Shown here: positions 24,499 through 35,520 of the stretch, in pieces
How positions within the stretch are numbered: the first letter of the stretch is position 1
How the letters are laid out: the number at the start of each line of letters is the position of its first letter
Assembly: GCF_001194135.2 (NCBI RefSeq)
Contig: NC_068981.1
Coordinates: 198,810,898 to 198,874,897 of the forward strand
Direction: 5' to 3'
DNA from: Octopus bimaculoides
Lineage: Eukaryota
DNA length: 64,000 nt
Translations under genes and position numbers: made by a program
The notes under the pieces: generated by a model
Told to the model about the DNA's origin: nothing
Databases searched by the model: none
The model's input: the letters and a program-made list of their open reading frames with translations, nothing else

Positions 24499-25972
24499 GG
24501 AAGTACCTAGGGGTAATTGAAGGGGACGGAATCAGGCATTCAATGATGAGGGAAAGGATCAGAAGAGAATGTTATCGCAGGGTGAGAGCAATACTGAAGA
24601 CAGAGCTGAATGCAAGAAACAGGATCCAAGTGATCATACCAGTCATGACTTACAGTTTCAATATCGTTAACTGGTCAATTACTAAAATATGTAATCTTGA
24701 CAGAAAAATACGAAAATTGTTGACAATGCGTAGAATGCATCACCCTAAGGCAAATATAGAATGACTTTACCTGCCAAGAAAAGAGGGAGGCCGTGGACTT
24801 TTACAACTGGCATCAACAAAGAAGATTGCCACAATTGGCCTAGACACCTACCTGAAAAACTCTGGGGACTGGATGTTAAAACTTGTCTCCAAACATGAAA
24901 ACAAGAAAGCATCTTACTCAGTAACAAAACAGGCAAAGGAATATCTAAGTGAATTTCAAATACAACAAATTAGACGTACAAGAAACAAGCACAGAAAAAG
25001 CTAAGCATATGAAAATCCGTGCTAAATCTGCTGCCTTAGATATTCTGACTGATAAATGGCAAGAAAAAAACTTACAATGGCAAATACTCAAAGAGAGCTA
25101 ATAATGCTGATGTTGACAAAGCCCTTATCCATCAATGGCTAATGGCCTCTGGCTTAAAATCAGAAACAGAAGGGTTTATCATAGCAGCCCAAGATCAATG
25201 CCTACTGACAGGAAACTACCAAACCAGCATATTAAAGAATGGCAGGTGCCCAACATGTCGTGTATGTCAACAACAAAATGAAACCATTGATCATTTCACA
25301 AATTATTCGCTGGGTAATTTGTGAAAACTTGGACCTGTCCCATGATAAAAACTGGTGGGAACACAAACCATCTCCAGTGCTTCAAAATGATCACATTTCA
25401 CTCCTCTGGAACTCACCGATCAAACTGACAGAAAGATAGATGCAAATAGGCTAGACATTATATTGAAAGACTTCAGACAAAAATCATGCTTCCTCATTGA
25501 TATGACTGTCCCAATCGATATAAACGTATCTATCAAGGCCTACCAAAAACTGAGCAAGTATAAAGATCTTGAAATAGAAATTGGCAAAATGTGGAACCTG
25601 AAGACTAAAGCAATACCTGTTGTCATAGGTGCCCTGGGAATGATAGCAAAAGGGGTTGATTGCTATCTACTTCAGATACCAGGAAACCCCAAAATGGCAA
25701 AAATTCAAAAGATAGTGCTCATGGGAACTGCCCATATCCTACGCAAAATACTTTCTATGTAATCTCAAATTTTAAAACAAACACATAATTTTCTTATGGT
25801 TTCTTAAACATTCTCTAGAACAACACTATGTACAAAACCAAATATATGGCACCCTAGGCATAACACCAACATGGACTTCTAACTTGTTGTCTCTTGTGGT
25901 CTCTGTATGAGACTTGGAGCCAACTTGTACAAATGCAAAGCAAAAGTCAAACAAAATAGTAATAATAATAAT
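24499..25972 (+). mobile_element. R4/Dong-clade non-LTR retrotransposon, 5'-truncated (RT C-terminus, zinc knuckle, REL endonuclease, 3' UTR, (AAT)n tail)
   Basis: Motifs KYLG...LKTELNARN, LYLPRKEGGRGL, ETEGFIIAAQDQ, CPTCRVCQQQNETIDH, NRLDIILKD...CFLIDMTVP, KLSKY, PVVIGALG and IQKIVLMGTAHILRK*. The tail aataataataat is at 25961-25972. It has frameshifts and a deletion in the CCHC region. Confidence 0.9.
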
Positions 25973-26698
25973 CTATGCTACAATGAAGAAAGCTGCTTAT
26001 TAATTAGATACGTAAGAATTACTAAAAGTACTAAAAAAAAAGCAATTATTAAAAGCTTGACCATCAGGAAATATTTTTATAAATTCATGTTTTAAAAAAT
26101 TGCCTATAATTTCAATTTCTGAAGATTATTGAATTTTTTAAACTCCAAATTCTCACAAATTTAAATATTCATTACATTCACTGCATCCTATTCCTCGTAA
26201 CTTCAAATATTTATTGCATTCACTGCGGAATAGATTTTAATGTTTAATAATAAACATTATCAATTCATTACAGGCAATATTTTACATTTTTATTTCTTGC
26301 TTGCCTCTATTTTCATTAATGGTAATTTAATAACATCCTATATAACTTTGATACAAGACACAATTTCAANNNNNNNNNNNNNNNNNNNNNNNNNNNNNNN
26401 NNNNNNNNNNNNNNNNNNNNNNNNNNNNNNNNNNNNNNNNNNNNNNNNNNNNNNNNNNNNNNNNNNNNNNNNNNNNNNNNNNNNNNNNNNNNNNNNNNNN
26501 NNNNNNNNNNNNNNNNNNNNNNNNNNNNNNNNNNNNNNNNNNNNNNNNNNNNNNNNNNNNNNNNNNNNNNNNNNNNNNNNNNNNNNNNNNNNNNNGCACT
26601 GCTGACGGTAAGTATGGAAATAAATACGTAAAAAATTAAGATAAAATATACTTTTCCTGAGATATTTCAGCTACATACAAATATCCCTAGGGTTTTAA

Positions 26699-27560
26699 TA
26701 TTATCAAGATGCAACTGAAAAAGAAAATTTAGCAGCAAAGGCACAATGGCAGAGAGAAAGACAGGCAACTGAATCAGATGAAACCAGGGCAAAGCGACCG
26801 AAACAGATGCCTGAATATGCACGGAGATGCAGACATGGTTCTGTTTCTGCTACACATGACCGATTGGTTAGGGTATCTCGAGAGGAGAATATTCTACTTC
26901 AAAATAATGGTGTCAGATCACAAATTGTTAATGCAACACTAAAAAGATCTTTTCTTTGTGATTATGTGGAAGTAGTGGAGTTGCCAACCAATCTAAGACT
27001 TCTTACAGAAGGTCATTCTAATCAAAGAGAGTTTGCTAATTACCTTCTTGATGCAGGAAATGGAAACATTTCTGTTGAACAAAGCCCAGGTGAATTCAAA
27101 ATCAAACTACCCAAAGACCTTTGCCTTGAAAGTGGTTCTCTTTCAGATCTATGTGATTTTGTATCTGCTGACTTCAAAAGTAACTTCACAAACCCTGTGT
27201 GGCTGGCAAATACGACCATTGTTACTCCAACAAATGAAGCAGCACAATTTGTGAATGATTTCCTGTTGACCAGGATCCCTGGGGAGTGAAAAATATACAG
27301 AGGCTCAGATACAGTTGATGATGAAACTCTATACCCAATCGAGTTCATCAACAATCTTACACCATCAGGGTTTCCACCACACATTCTCAAACCGAAGAAA
27401 AATATGATGCATAATGTTTTTGAGAAATTTAGATGCTACTAATGGACACTGCAATGGCACACGCTACATCATTGTCAGTTTACACAATCATGTTATTGAG
27501 GCTGAAGTTGCTTCTGGTCCTTATGGAGGATCAACTCTGCTAATCCCCAAAACATCATAA
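26699..27560 (+). mobile_element. Helitron RepHel relic: charged N-terminal segment joined to a Pif1-like helicase fragment
   Basis: RSQIVNATLKRS, REFANYLLDAGNG, TIVTPTNE, LYPIEFINNLTPSGFPPHIL and IMFLRNLDATNGHCNGTRY are Helitron/Pif1 helicase motifs. One stop (27287-27289) and one frameshift (~27405) interrupt them. Confidence 0.85.
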
Positions 27561-27677
27561 AAATGATTAGAATTTGGAATCAAATGTGGACAGATTACCA
27601 AGTAGCCAGCAGAAAACTGCCTGGCGGGTGGTCTTTCTGCCAGTAGTAGTAGTAGTAATAATAATGATGATGATGAT

Positions 27678-27903
27678 GTCCTTGGGGACAGTATCAGAAG
27701 GTATCAAAAGGAATATAATGGAAATTGGAATAGAATGCTTAATAGAACTGTTACAAAAGGTTTGCCTCCTTGGCACAGCCAGAACAATCAAGAAAGTATT
27801 AGATAATTGAAAATAAAACAGATAGCATGACACTGCAAGCTGCAGGCAGTAAGTCCACTATGCAAGTAAGACTCCAGGAGTTCCAACAAAGCCCAAGTTA
27901 AAA

Positions 27904-27938
<35 letters not shown>
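27678..27938 (+). mobile_element. Second R4/Dong-like 3' end, different subfamily
   Basis: SLGTVSEGI...LLQKVCLLGTARTIKKVLDN* parallels the C-terminus of the 24499 copy, followed by a short 3' UTR and about 11-12 AAT units. Confidence 0.75.
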
Positions 27939-27941
<3 letters not shown>

Positions 27942-28099
27942 TTAGTAGAAACATCTGGCTTCAAAAGATTGCAGAAACTGTTTTTGTTTCAGGTGCAGAA
28001 AACAGAGCCTAACCCATCCACTCACTCGGTTTCCTGCCAGTTTCTCCTTTTTAGGGACCCTACAGTCAATATTATCAAGATGAGTCGTAAGGTCATCAA

Positions 28100-28322
28100 G
28101 GTGGTGGGCTGGCAGAAACGTTAGCATGCCGGACGAAATGCTTAGCAATATTTCGTCTGCCATTACATTCTGAGTTCAAATTCCACCAAGGTTGACTTTG
28201 CCTTTCGGGGTCGATAAATTAAGTACCAGTTATGCACTGGGGTCAATGTAATCAACTTCATCCCTTTGTCTGTCCTTGTTTGTCCCATCTATGTTTAGCC
28301 CCATGTGGGCAATAAATAAATA
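28100..28322 (+). mobile_element. SINE family C, near full length
   Basis: gctggcagaaacgttagcatgcc...gagttcaaattcc...ggggtcgataaattaagtaccag...aataaataaataa. Partial copies lie at about 39830-39975 (+), 41075-41165 (-), 41262-41415 (-), 43955-44095 (-) and 46095-46185 (-). Confidence 0.8.
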
Positions 28323-28454
28323 AGATGGTAGAATTGCCACAGTGGGAATGTGTGCTGTGTGCAAAGGGTGAAATGGAATGGAGACATTTGGCAAATTCTT
28401 CACAAGTTAAAACCTAATGACGTCAATTCATCTGGGTAAGCAGTAGGAATCATC

Positions 28455-28650
28455 ATCACCACTATCACCACCATCATTGTTTCTAACGTCCACTTTTCCA
28501 TGCTTGTAAGGGACTAATGGGATTTATTGAGGCAAATTCCCTACCACTGGATGTTCTCCCTCCCAGCAACCTTCACCTGTTTCCAACCAAGGTAATATTT
28601 TATCACAACAAGATATGTTTCTGCAGAATATTGGAAAGGAATGACCTCAC
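28455..28650 (-). mobile_element. RTE 3'-UTR/tail fragment
   Basis: ttctaacgtccacttttccatgcttg...ggatgttctccctcccagcaacc. Confidence 0.65.
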
Positions 28651-29536
28651 TTGTATAACCACACACAAACATCATTTAATGAATTACATTTCGGTTTGTA
28701 TCTGTTTGCAGGGTGGTACATATTCATGGTGTAAGTGATTGGCTCCAAGCTGTTGCTTATCTAAAAATGTCATTATTTCTTATAATGAAGACGTTTGCAT
28801 TGTTTTGTTATATCGTATTCCATTAGTGTCATTTAATGTAACAATGAAAACAGAAAGAAACAACCTTTGTAAATATGGAACAACACCTGACAGTGGCAGT
28901 ACGTTAGTTCTTGAAAGATAAAACACACACAAAACCAAAATAAAAACATGTTCCTACAACTTTCAATGGAATTGCAAACATAAGAAGCAGCTGAGAGAAG
29001 CAAGAATCAGAAAGTTTATGAAAACATTTCGCAAGCAAGAAACATGCAGGTGTAATAGAACAACTATTCTCTACACAGCTGTTGAAATCCTTTCACACTC
29101 AGTCTGTAATAAGATGAGTGTATTTAGAAGCCTTAGTTACACAATAAGGAATTGTGTAAAACACATTGGAATGACGAAGAAAATACAAAAATATTAATAC
29201 AACTGGATCAGGAAACTAAATACTTTCTCTCTTACACCTTATAGAAATATGTCTACACACACACACACACACTTTTAATTCCTAAACACTGAGATAGTTT
29301 ATTTGGTTGAGACTTCAACAGTCCAGCTTGTTAGGGATACACTTTTTAATATATCAAGGAGACAAAAATTATGATGAAGGCAAGCAGGCCAAAACTTCAA
29401 AGTCAGTCAAATTTTTCTGTGCAAAAGTTAATACAGACTTTACTAAAAGGTTTTAAATTTAATGTTAAATTATCTTTATATGTAACATGACATAAGAACA
29501 AACAATGTGTGTGTGTGTGTGTATATATATATCTAT

Positions 29537-29910
29537 CATCATCATCATCATAATCATCTAATGTCTGTCTTCCATGCTGGAATGGGTTTGACAGTTTGAT
29601 CCGGGCTAGGAAGCTGGAAGGCTGCATCAGACCCCAGGCTGATTTGACATGGTTTCTACAGCTGGGTGCCTTTAACACTAACCACCCCAGGAGTGTAATG
29701 GGTGCTTTCAGGTGCCATTGGCATTAGTGCCAGTTACGTAAGACCAGCATTTCACTTGGTTTGACAGGTCTTCTCAAGCACAGCATTTCACCAAAGGTCT
29801 TGGTCACCAGTCATTACCTCTGGGGTCCAAAGTTCAAAGATCACGCTTCACATGCTTTCTTGGGTTTGCCTCTACCACAGATTCCCTCCACGGTTAGAGA
29901 CCGGCACTTC
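29537..29910 (-). mobile_element. RTE LINE extreme 3' end (ORF end, 3' UTR, (GAT)n tail)
   Basis: Minus strand encodes KKCRSLTVEGICGRGKPKK, contiguous with the CCAGCATGGAA...GATGAT tail. This shows that the many short 'CCATGCCAGCATGGAAA' repeats in the window are RTE 3' ends or RTE-tailed SINEs. Confidence 0.8.
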
Positions 29911-30040
29911 TTTGCATAACTCTCTCTCTCTCTCTCTTTCTATATATATACACACACACACACATATATGTATATACTGTTAATAAGGAAAATGAAGAAT
30001 TCAAACATTCAGACACTTTCTGCTTGGTTTATTCATAGTA

Positions 30041-30136
30041 ATTGTCTGACACGTGTTTCGATCGTATCAACTGCAAATTGCTGCATATTTCCATGCAGGG
30101 TTTATGCCTAAGTTGTACGATCTCTTCAGGGTCAAT
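30041..30136 (-). ncRNA. Type I hammerhead ribozyme motif: intact core, long stem II, two mismatches in stem I
   Basis: Minus strand: AUUGACC-CUGAAGA-GAUCGUA-CAACU...AGUUG-A-UACGAUC-GAAA-C-ACGU-G-UC/AGACAAU. All core nucleotides are present, with a G10.1-C11.1 pair, a GUC cleavage triplet and a palindromic stem III (ACACGUGU). AATAAA lies 14 nt downstream of the cleavage site. Confidence 0.85.
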
Positions 30137-30206
30137 AAATATGTCATTGTTCAAAGAGAAATTCTCCCTGCAAATCAGGCTTGGTAGTGGTAGTGGTAGT
30201 AGTAGT

Positions 30207-30453
30207 AGTAAATCATGTTGTTGAACGATGAGTTGCTATTTCACAACTGATTGTTTGAGTAGAATCTATTAAAATACCACTGGACTATAAGGAATGTAGA
30301 ATGGTTCAAAGGAAAAATGTTCTATAGATAACCACTGCGAAAGGGTCCAGTAAAATTTGTCAACGTCGACAAAGACTGGCACTGGTGCACCCAGATTTTT
30401 ACACAAACAACCAGTTGTGACCAGCAACTCATTGCTGAACAACAGGATTTACT
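30207..30453. mobile_element. MITE with ~60-bp TIRs (MULE-like ends)
   Basis: agtaaatcatgttgttgaacgatgagttgctatttcacaactgattgtttgag matches the reverse complement of 30393-30453 at about 80%. Confidence 0.7.
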
Positions 30454-30699
30454 CCTACCTTTGCCAATCCTGATTCAAACCAATAACAGGTGGTGGTGGT
30501 NNNNNNNNNNNNNNNNNNNNNNNNNNNNNNNNNNNNNNNNNNGGGGGGGGGGATGGCTGCAGTGTAGTGCAACATTTTGAGAGAAACTCCTGAAAGTTAC
30601 CATTTTCTTAGTGCAGCAGAAATGCTTGAATAGTCTGAGTTACAAAAGCTTGGTTTAAAGTTAGGAAACTTTTCACAGAAAATGAAACATTTCTTTAAT

Positions 30700-30793
30700 A
30701 TAAAAATAATAGGAATAATGATAAAAATAATAGGAATAATGATAAAAATAAAAGGAATAATGATAAAAATAATAGGAATAATGATAAAAATAA
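30700..30793. repeat. 21-bp tandem repeat, about 4.5 copies
   Basis: Unit aaaaataataggaataatgat, nearly perfect. Confidence 0.9.
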
Positions 30794-31483
30794 AGAAAAA
30801 AGAAGAAACAGAACAGTGAAAACATTTTGAAAAGGTTTTGCCAAGAACATTATCTTTTGAAAGAACACACAAAGCTGGTTGTGTGTGTGTGTGTGTGTGT
30901 GTGTGTATAACAGTGCAGTTGTTTAATCTGTAGACAGCCATATTGTAAACTTCTCTTCAGTTTGGTCAATGTGTCTCAAGTGTATAGATTCAGAGATTGG
31001 TCTCTCTTTTATGGAATAGGCAGGCCGACAGTCATTCTCTTCCAAGTTTGCAACTCTATTTGATTGTATTGATCAAGGAGCAGGAAAGAAATTGTATGAG
31101 CATTTGTAAATCCCTTTTGCAAGTAATGTTAGAGTTAGCAATAGGAAAAAGTATTGATCTTTACAACCAAGATTCAATTGGTGTGCGATGGGACACACTG
31201 GGAGTGATTGGCCCTCAAGCTGCAAAGTGAAGACTTTCAAACAATATCACTGTTAATAATGAACAATGTGATCACTAACCAAACTTTGTTTAAAATTGGC
31301 TGAGAGAGAGAGAGAGAGAGAGGGAGAGAGANNNNNNNNNNNNNNNNNNNNNNNNNNNNNNNNNNNNNNNNNNNNNNNNNNNNNNNNNNNNNNNNNNNNN
31401 NNNNNNNNNNNNNNNNNNNNNNNNNNNNNNNNNNNNNNNNNNNNNNNNNNNNNNNNNNNNNNNNNNNNNNNNNNNNNNNNNNN

Positions 31484-31540
<57 letters not shown>

Positions 31541-31867
31541 TGGAAATTGATTCGGATATATATATATATATATGAGGAATTGCAAAGAGAAATAAAGCTG
31601 CTTATATGTATGTATGTATGTATGTATATATATACATCTGCATGCAAGTATGTATGTATTTATATGAGGAGAGTTGTAACTTGTTTGAAGCATTGTGATC
31701 CAGAAGTCAACGATCATTCTTTGGTTGTTGACTTCTGATGATGGGCCATGGTGCATCCAGCCACAGAAACTTTGCCAAAGCAGACATTGGAATCCCATGC
31801 AACCAATATGCATGGTTAATGTTGATGATGATGATGACGACGATATATACAGACATGGATATATATG

Positions 31868-32130
31868 TATGAGATATCATCATCATCATCGTTGTTTAAC
31901 GTCAGCTTTCCATGCTGGCATGGGTTGGACAGTTTGACTGAGGACTGGTGAGCCAGAAGTTGCACCAGGCTCAATCTGATCTGGCAAAGTTTCTACAGCT
32001 GGATGCCCTTCCTAACACCAACCACTCCGAGAGTGTAGTGGGTGCTTTTACATGCCACCGGCACGAGGACCAATCAGGTAGTTCTGGCAACGACCATGCT
32101 CAAAAGGTGTTTTTTACATGCTACCTGCAC
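31868..32130 (-). mobile_element. RTE 3'-UTR/tail fragment, young copy
   Basis: catcatcatcgttgtttaacgtcagctttccatgctggcatgggttggacag...ggatgcccttcctaacacc. Confidence 0.8.
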
Positions 32131-33052
32131 GGGAGCTGTTGTTTTTCACGTGCCACACTTATCAAAAAAGAATTTTACTAAACATCCTGGTTAAATTCTA
32201 TTAAGATTTAATTAAGACATTCAGTAACAAAGCTATTAACAGTGCTCCACCAATACTGCTTTGAGCAAATATTCTCTTTAATAATCTATGTTTGATGATT
32301 CTGTTTAAAAATGTTTCTAGAAAATTTAGAAGAGCATCTTTCGATTATTTTTAACAGAATCTCTAAAGTGGTCCTAGAAACTGAGAAATAATCATGACAG
32401 AAATGTCCAAATTGCTGTTTGAACAGTTTGTCCGTTGAACTGATATTGAGATCTTTCTCACTACCCCATCTTTTTTCTTCCTCCCCCTTGCCCCACCCCC
32501 ACTCACTCATGCCATCAGATTTCCTTTATAACCAACACTTCAAAGAGGTTTTATGTTTGACCAAAGTTCTGATATGGAATTATCAGAAAATAAAAAAAAA
32601 CTACTTTTTTAACAGCATTCAAGATGTAAATAACCCATATTCTCTGATGAATTACTCGACACAAAGAAAGTGTGTGTGCACACGCGCACACACAGAGTGG
32701 AACCTTCATTTACAAACACATCTCATCATAAACAAATCAGTTTATGAACAATTTTTTGAACAAAAAAATGTCTTGGATAAGGAACAGTGTCTTGAGTAAT
32801 AAACAGGCAAATGACAACAACAGCTGGTTACAGTCTGGGAATATCAGCAGGAGGTAAGCGCCAGTTACTGACTAGTTTTTGCTCAGTGCACATCCCTGCT
32901 CAAATTCACTGTTTATTCTCTTGAATTACTGGTGGGAAAAATCGTCTCAGTTTACAAGTATTTTGGGTAAGGAATGGCCTCCAAGAAATGAAGTAAATTC
33001 TGAGATTCTACTGTGTGCATATATATATATATGTATGCAAAGTTTAGGTCAA

Positions 33053-33501
33053 TCAAAATATGCTTGTGACATATTTCAACTGCTAAAAAGCAAATTCATT
33101 GCAGGTACCATGGAGAAAATTTTCTCTTATGGTAAAAAAAGTGCAAAAACACCATAATCTGTCCAGTGTCACTCCCTGTCAGGATTCCCAGATATCAATG
33201 GTTCTAGCTCCTTAGCTGTTATCAATGGGAAATACTTAAGAGAGGCAACTCTGGACAGACCTTATCAAAGCTAGAGGTTTAACTAAAATACAGTCAACAA
33301 CATTGACTGATTTATGCCATTTGACTACTAGGTCATGGAAATTACAGTAATATTAGCATCAAGCTGTGTTTAGGCATAAGCAAAATTAAGATTAGTCAGA
33401 ATATGTTTGTGACATATTTCAACTGCCAAAAGGCAAATTCACTGCAGTTACCAAGAAGAAAATTTTCTCTTATGGTAAAATGGTAAAAGATGTAAAAATA
33501 C

Positions 33502-33502
<1 letters not shown>
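33053..33502. repeat. Local direct duplication (~85-100 bp, period ~343)
   Basis: 33053-33137 versus 33396-33480: about 8 mismatches in 85 bp. Confidence 0.85.
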
Positions 33503-33534
<32 letters not shown>

Positions 33535-33774
33535 GTATATGAGTGTGTGTGTGTATCCTTGATTTTCAAAGAGAAATCCAGAGAAAAAGTTACCAGGGCA
33601 GCCAAATGTCACTTAAGCACTTAAAGACATTAGCAGCCACATGTACATGTGGTACTAATTCCAAGAAGAAGCGAGACATGTTTTGGAGAATGTAAGAGAA
33701 ATGGAAAATGGAGACAAACGCACAATATGTTATTTAAATAACATATTGGGTGTTTCTCTCCATTTTCCATTTCT

Positions 33775-33838
<64 letters not shown>

Positions 33839-34469
33839 CATAAAGGTGTTAAATGAGGCCACAACAAGTACTTAGAGTCATATAGTCTGTCTTCTCTCTT
33901 CCACACTGTGATACATTTATCGTCAATTCGCTGCACAGCAAACAATAAAAAAAGGAGAATGGGTTATGTTGTGAGCATGTGTGTGTTTGCACATGTAGCT
34001 AAGTACTAAGAATCTCTAGTGCCAAGTCATGGAATATGCCATCTTTCCCATTTTGGTTAATGCCCTACCCACTCCCCCACTGCTGCCACCACCACCACAT
34101 GCCAGTGGAGTCGATGTCTGTGTAAAACAGGCAAACAGAAGACAATTTGGTGCAATTAGAATTCTAAATATAAGAAAGCTGATAGTTCTTGAAACAGAGG
34201 AGGAGGAGGAGGGGGTGGGGGGCAAAGAGTATGAAGTGGAGAGCCATGTGTAGTAGAGCTAATTAATTAGGTAGTTCACATATTTATAACAGTTCTTCGT
34301 TAGCTACATCAGGTTTCTAAATTTGATACCCCACATGTACACAAGCAGAAATAGAAAATCATATCAAATTTTGTTTTTGTTTTTTCTTACATATTTTTCA
34401 TTTGGTCATAAAACAAGGTGTTCCCAGGCCATAGCCGTTTACAGTGGATTGTCACTGAAGAGGCCAGGT

Positions 34470-34760
34470 ACTTAGTTTTTAGTTATAAGGAAAATATGGT
34501 GTGGGAAGGACACAGTTGTATGGTAGAAGGACTGGTATGCGGTCTGCGAGGTAACAGCGTTAAAGCACTGGTGCTGGCACCGCATCAAAAGCAATCAGTC
34601 CACTCTGTAAAGTGGTTGACATTAGGAAGGGCAACCATCTGTAGAGACCGAACTGAAACAATGGGACCTGGTATGACTGTTGACCTTTTAAGCTCTGGTC
34701 AAACTGTCCAGCCCATGCCAGCATGGAAACTGATGCTAAGTAAAGATAATGATGATGTTA
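34470..34760 (+). mobile_element. RTE 3'-UTR/tail fragment
   Basis: cactctgtaaagtggttgacattaggaagggc...ccatgccagcatggaaactgatg...gatgatg. Confidence 0.7.
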
Positions 34761-35351
34761 TCCATGTTCCTTTTGATTGCAAATATTTTACCATCACGAG
34801 AGTTTTCTTTCAAACTCAAGACTTTGTCTTGAGTTTGTCTCCCCCCCCCCCCCTCCTTTCTCTCCCTCCACTTCCCTAAGCTTTTACTCAATGGCAAATA
34901 CAAGCCCAGCCACTTAACATGTTAAATGTTACACATGAAATGACATATTTAACAGTAAACATATCGAATCAGCAGAAAAATCTTTGAGAAAATTCCCAGA
35001 AAACTGTGCTTTATTACTGGCAGGAATGAGAGAATATTTAGAAGTCATTATCTTTAATTAATTACTTATCAGAGTTTGAGATATAATGAGCCATATTGAA
35101 AAATGCAGCAGAAGTGGTTGGTAAAAGGTTTTGCTGACCAAGAAAAAGTTCTCTGGCTGCTGCTGCTGCTGCTGTCTGGGATGAAAACAAAATAAAAGAA
35201 CAATTGCAGAGAGGAGAGTAAACTGTTTCATGGGCGGAGGGTTGTGGAGAAACAGTTTCTTATTTAACACAAGATTCATTTGTTTAAAACTTCTTGAAGT
35301 AGATTTTGGCGTTGCAAAAAAATGTGAAACTTGTACGAGAAATCCTGAGTT

Positions 35352-35520
35352 TCATCATCATCATTATTATTATTATTATTATTGTCATCATTTTATGTCT
35401 GCTCTCTATGCTACCATGGGTTTGATGGTTCAACAGACATGCTTTCTATGGCTGGATGTCCTTCCAAACACCAACCACTTTACAAAGTGTACTGGGTGCT
35501 TTTCAGGGCACCATGACTAG
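35352..35520 (-). mobile_element. RTE 3'-UTR/tail fragment
   Basis: ggctggatgtccttccaaacaccaaccactttacaaagtg, following (CAT)n/(TAT)n. Confidence 0.65.

Noticed and set aside
31701-31782. A 16-bp hairpin (cagaagtcaac...gttgacttctg) overlapping CTGATGA...GAAAC-TTTG-C-CAAAG, resembling a hammerhead
   Set aside because: Position 16.1 is C rather than U, no NUH precedes the hairpin, and there is no downstream stem I partner, so no valid type I or III topology forms. At best a rearranged relic.
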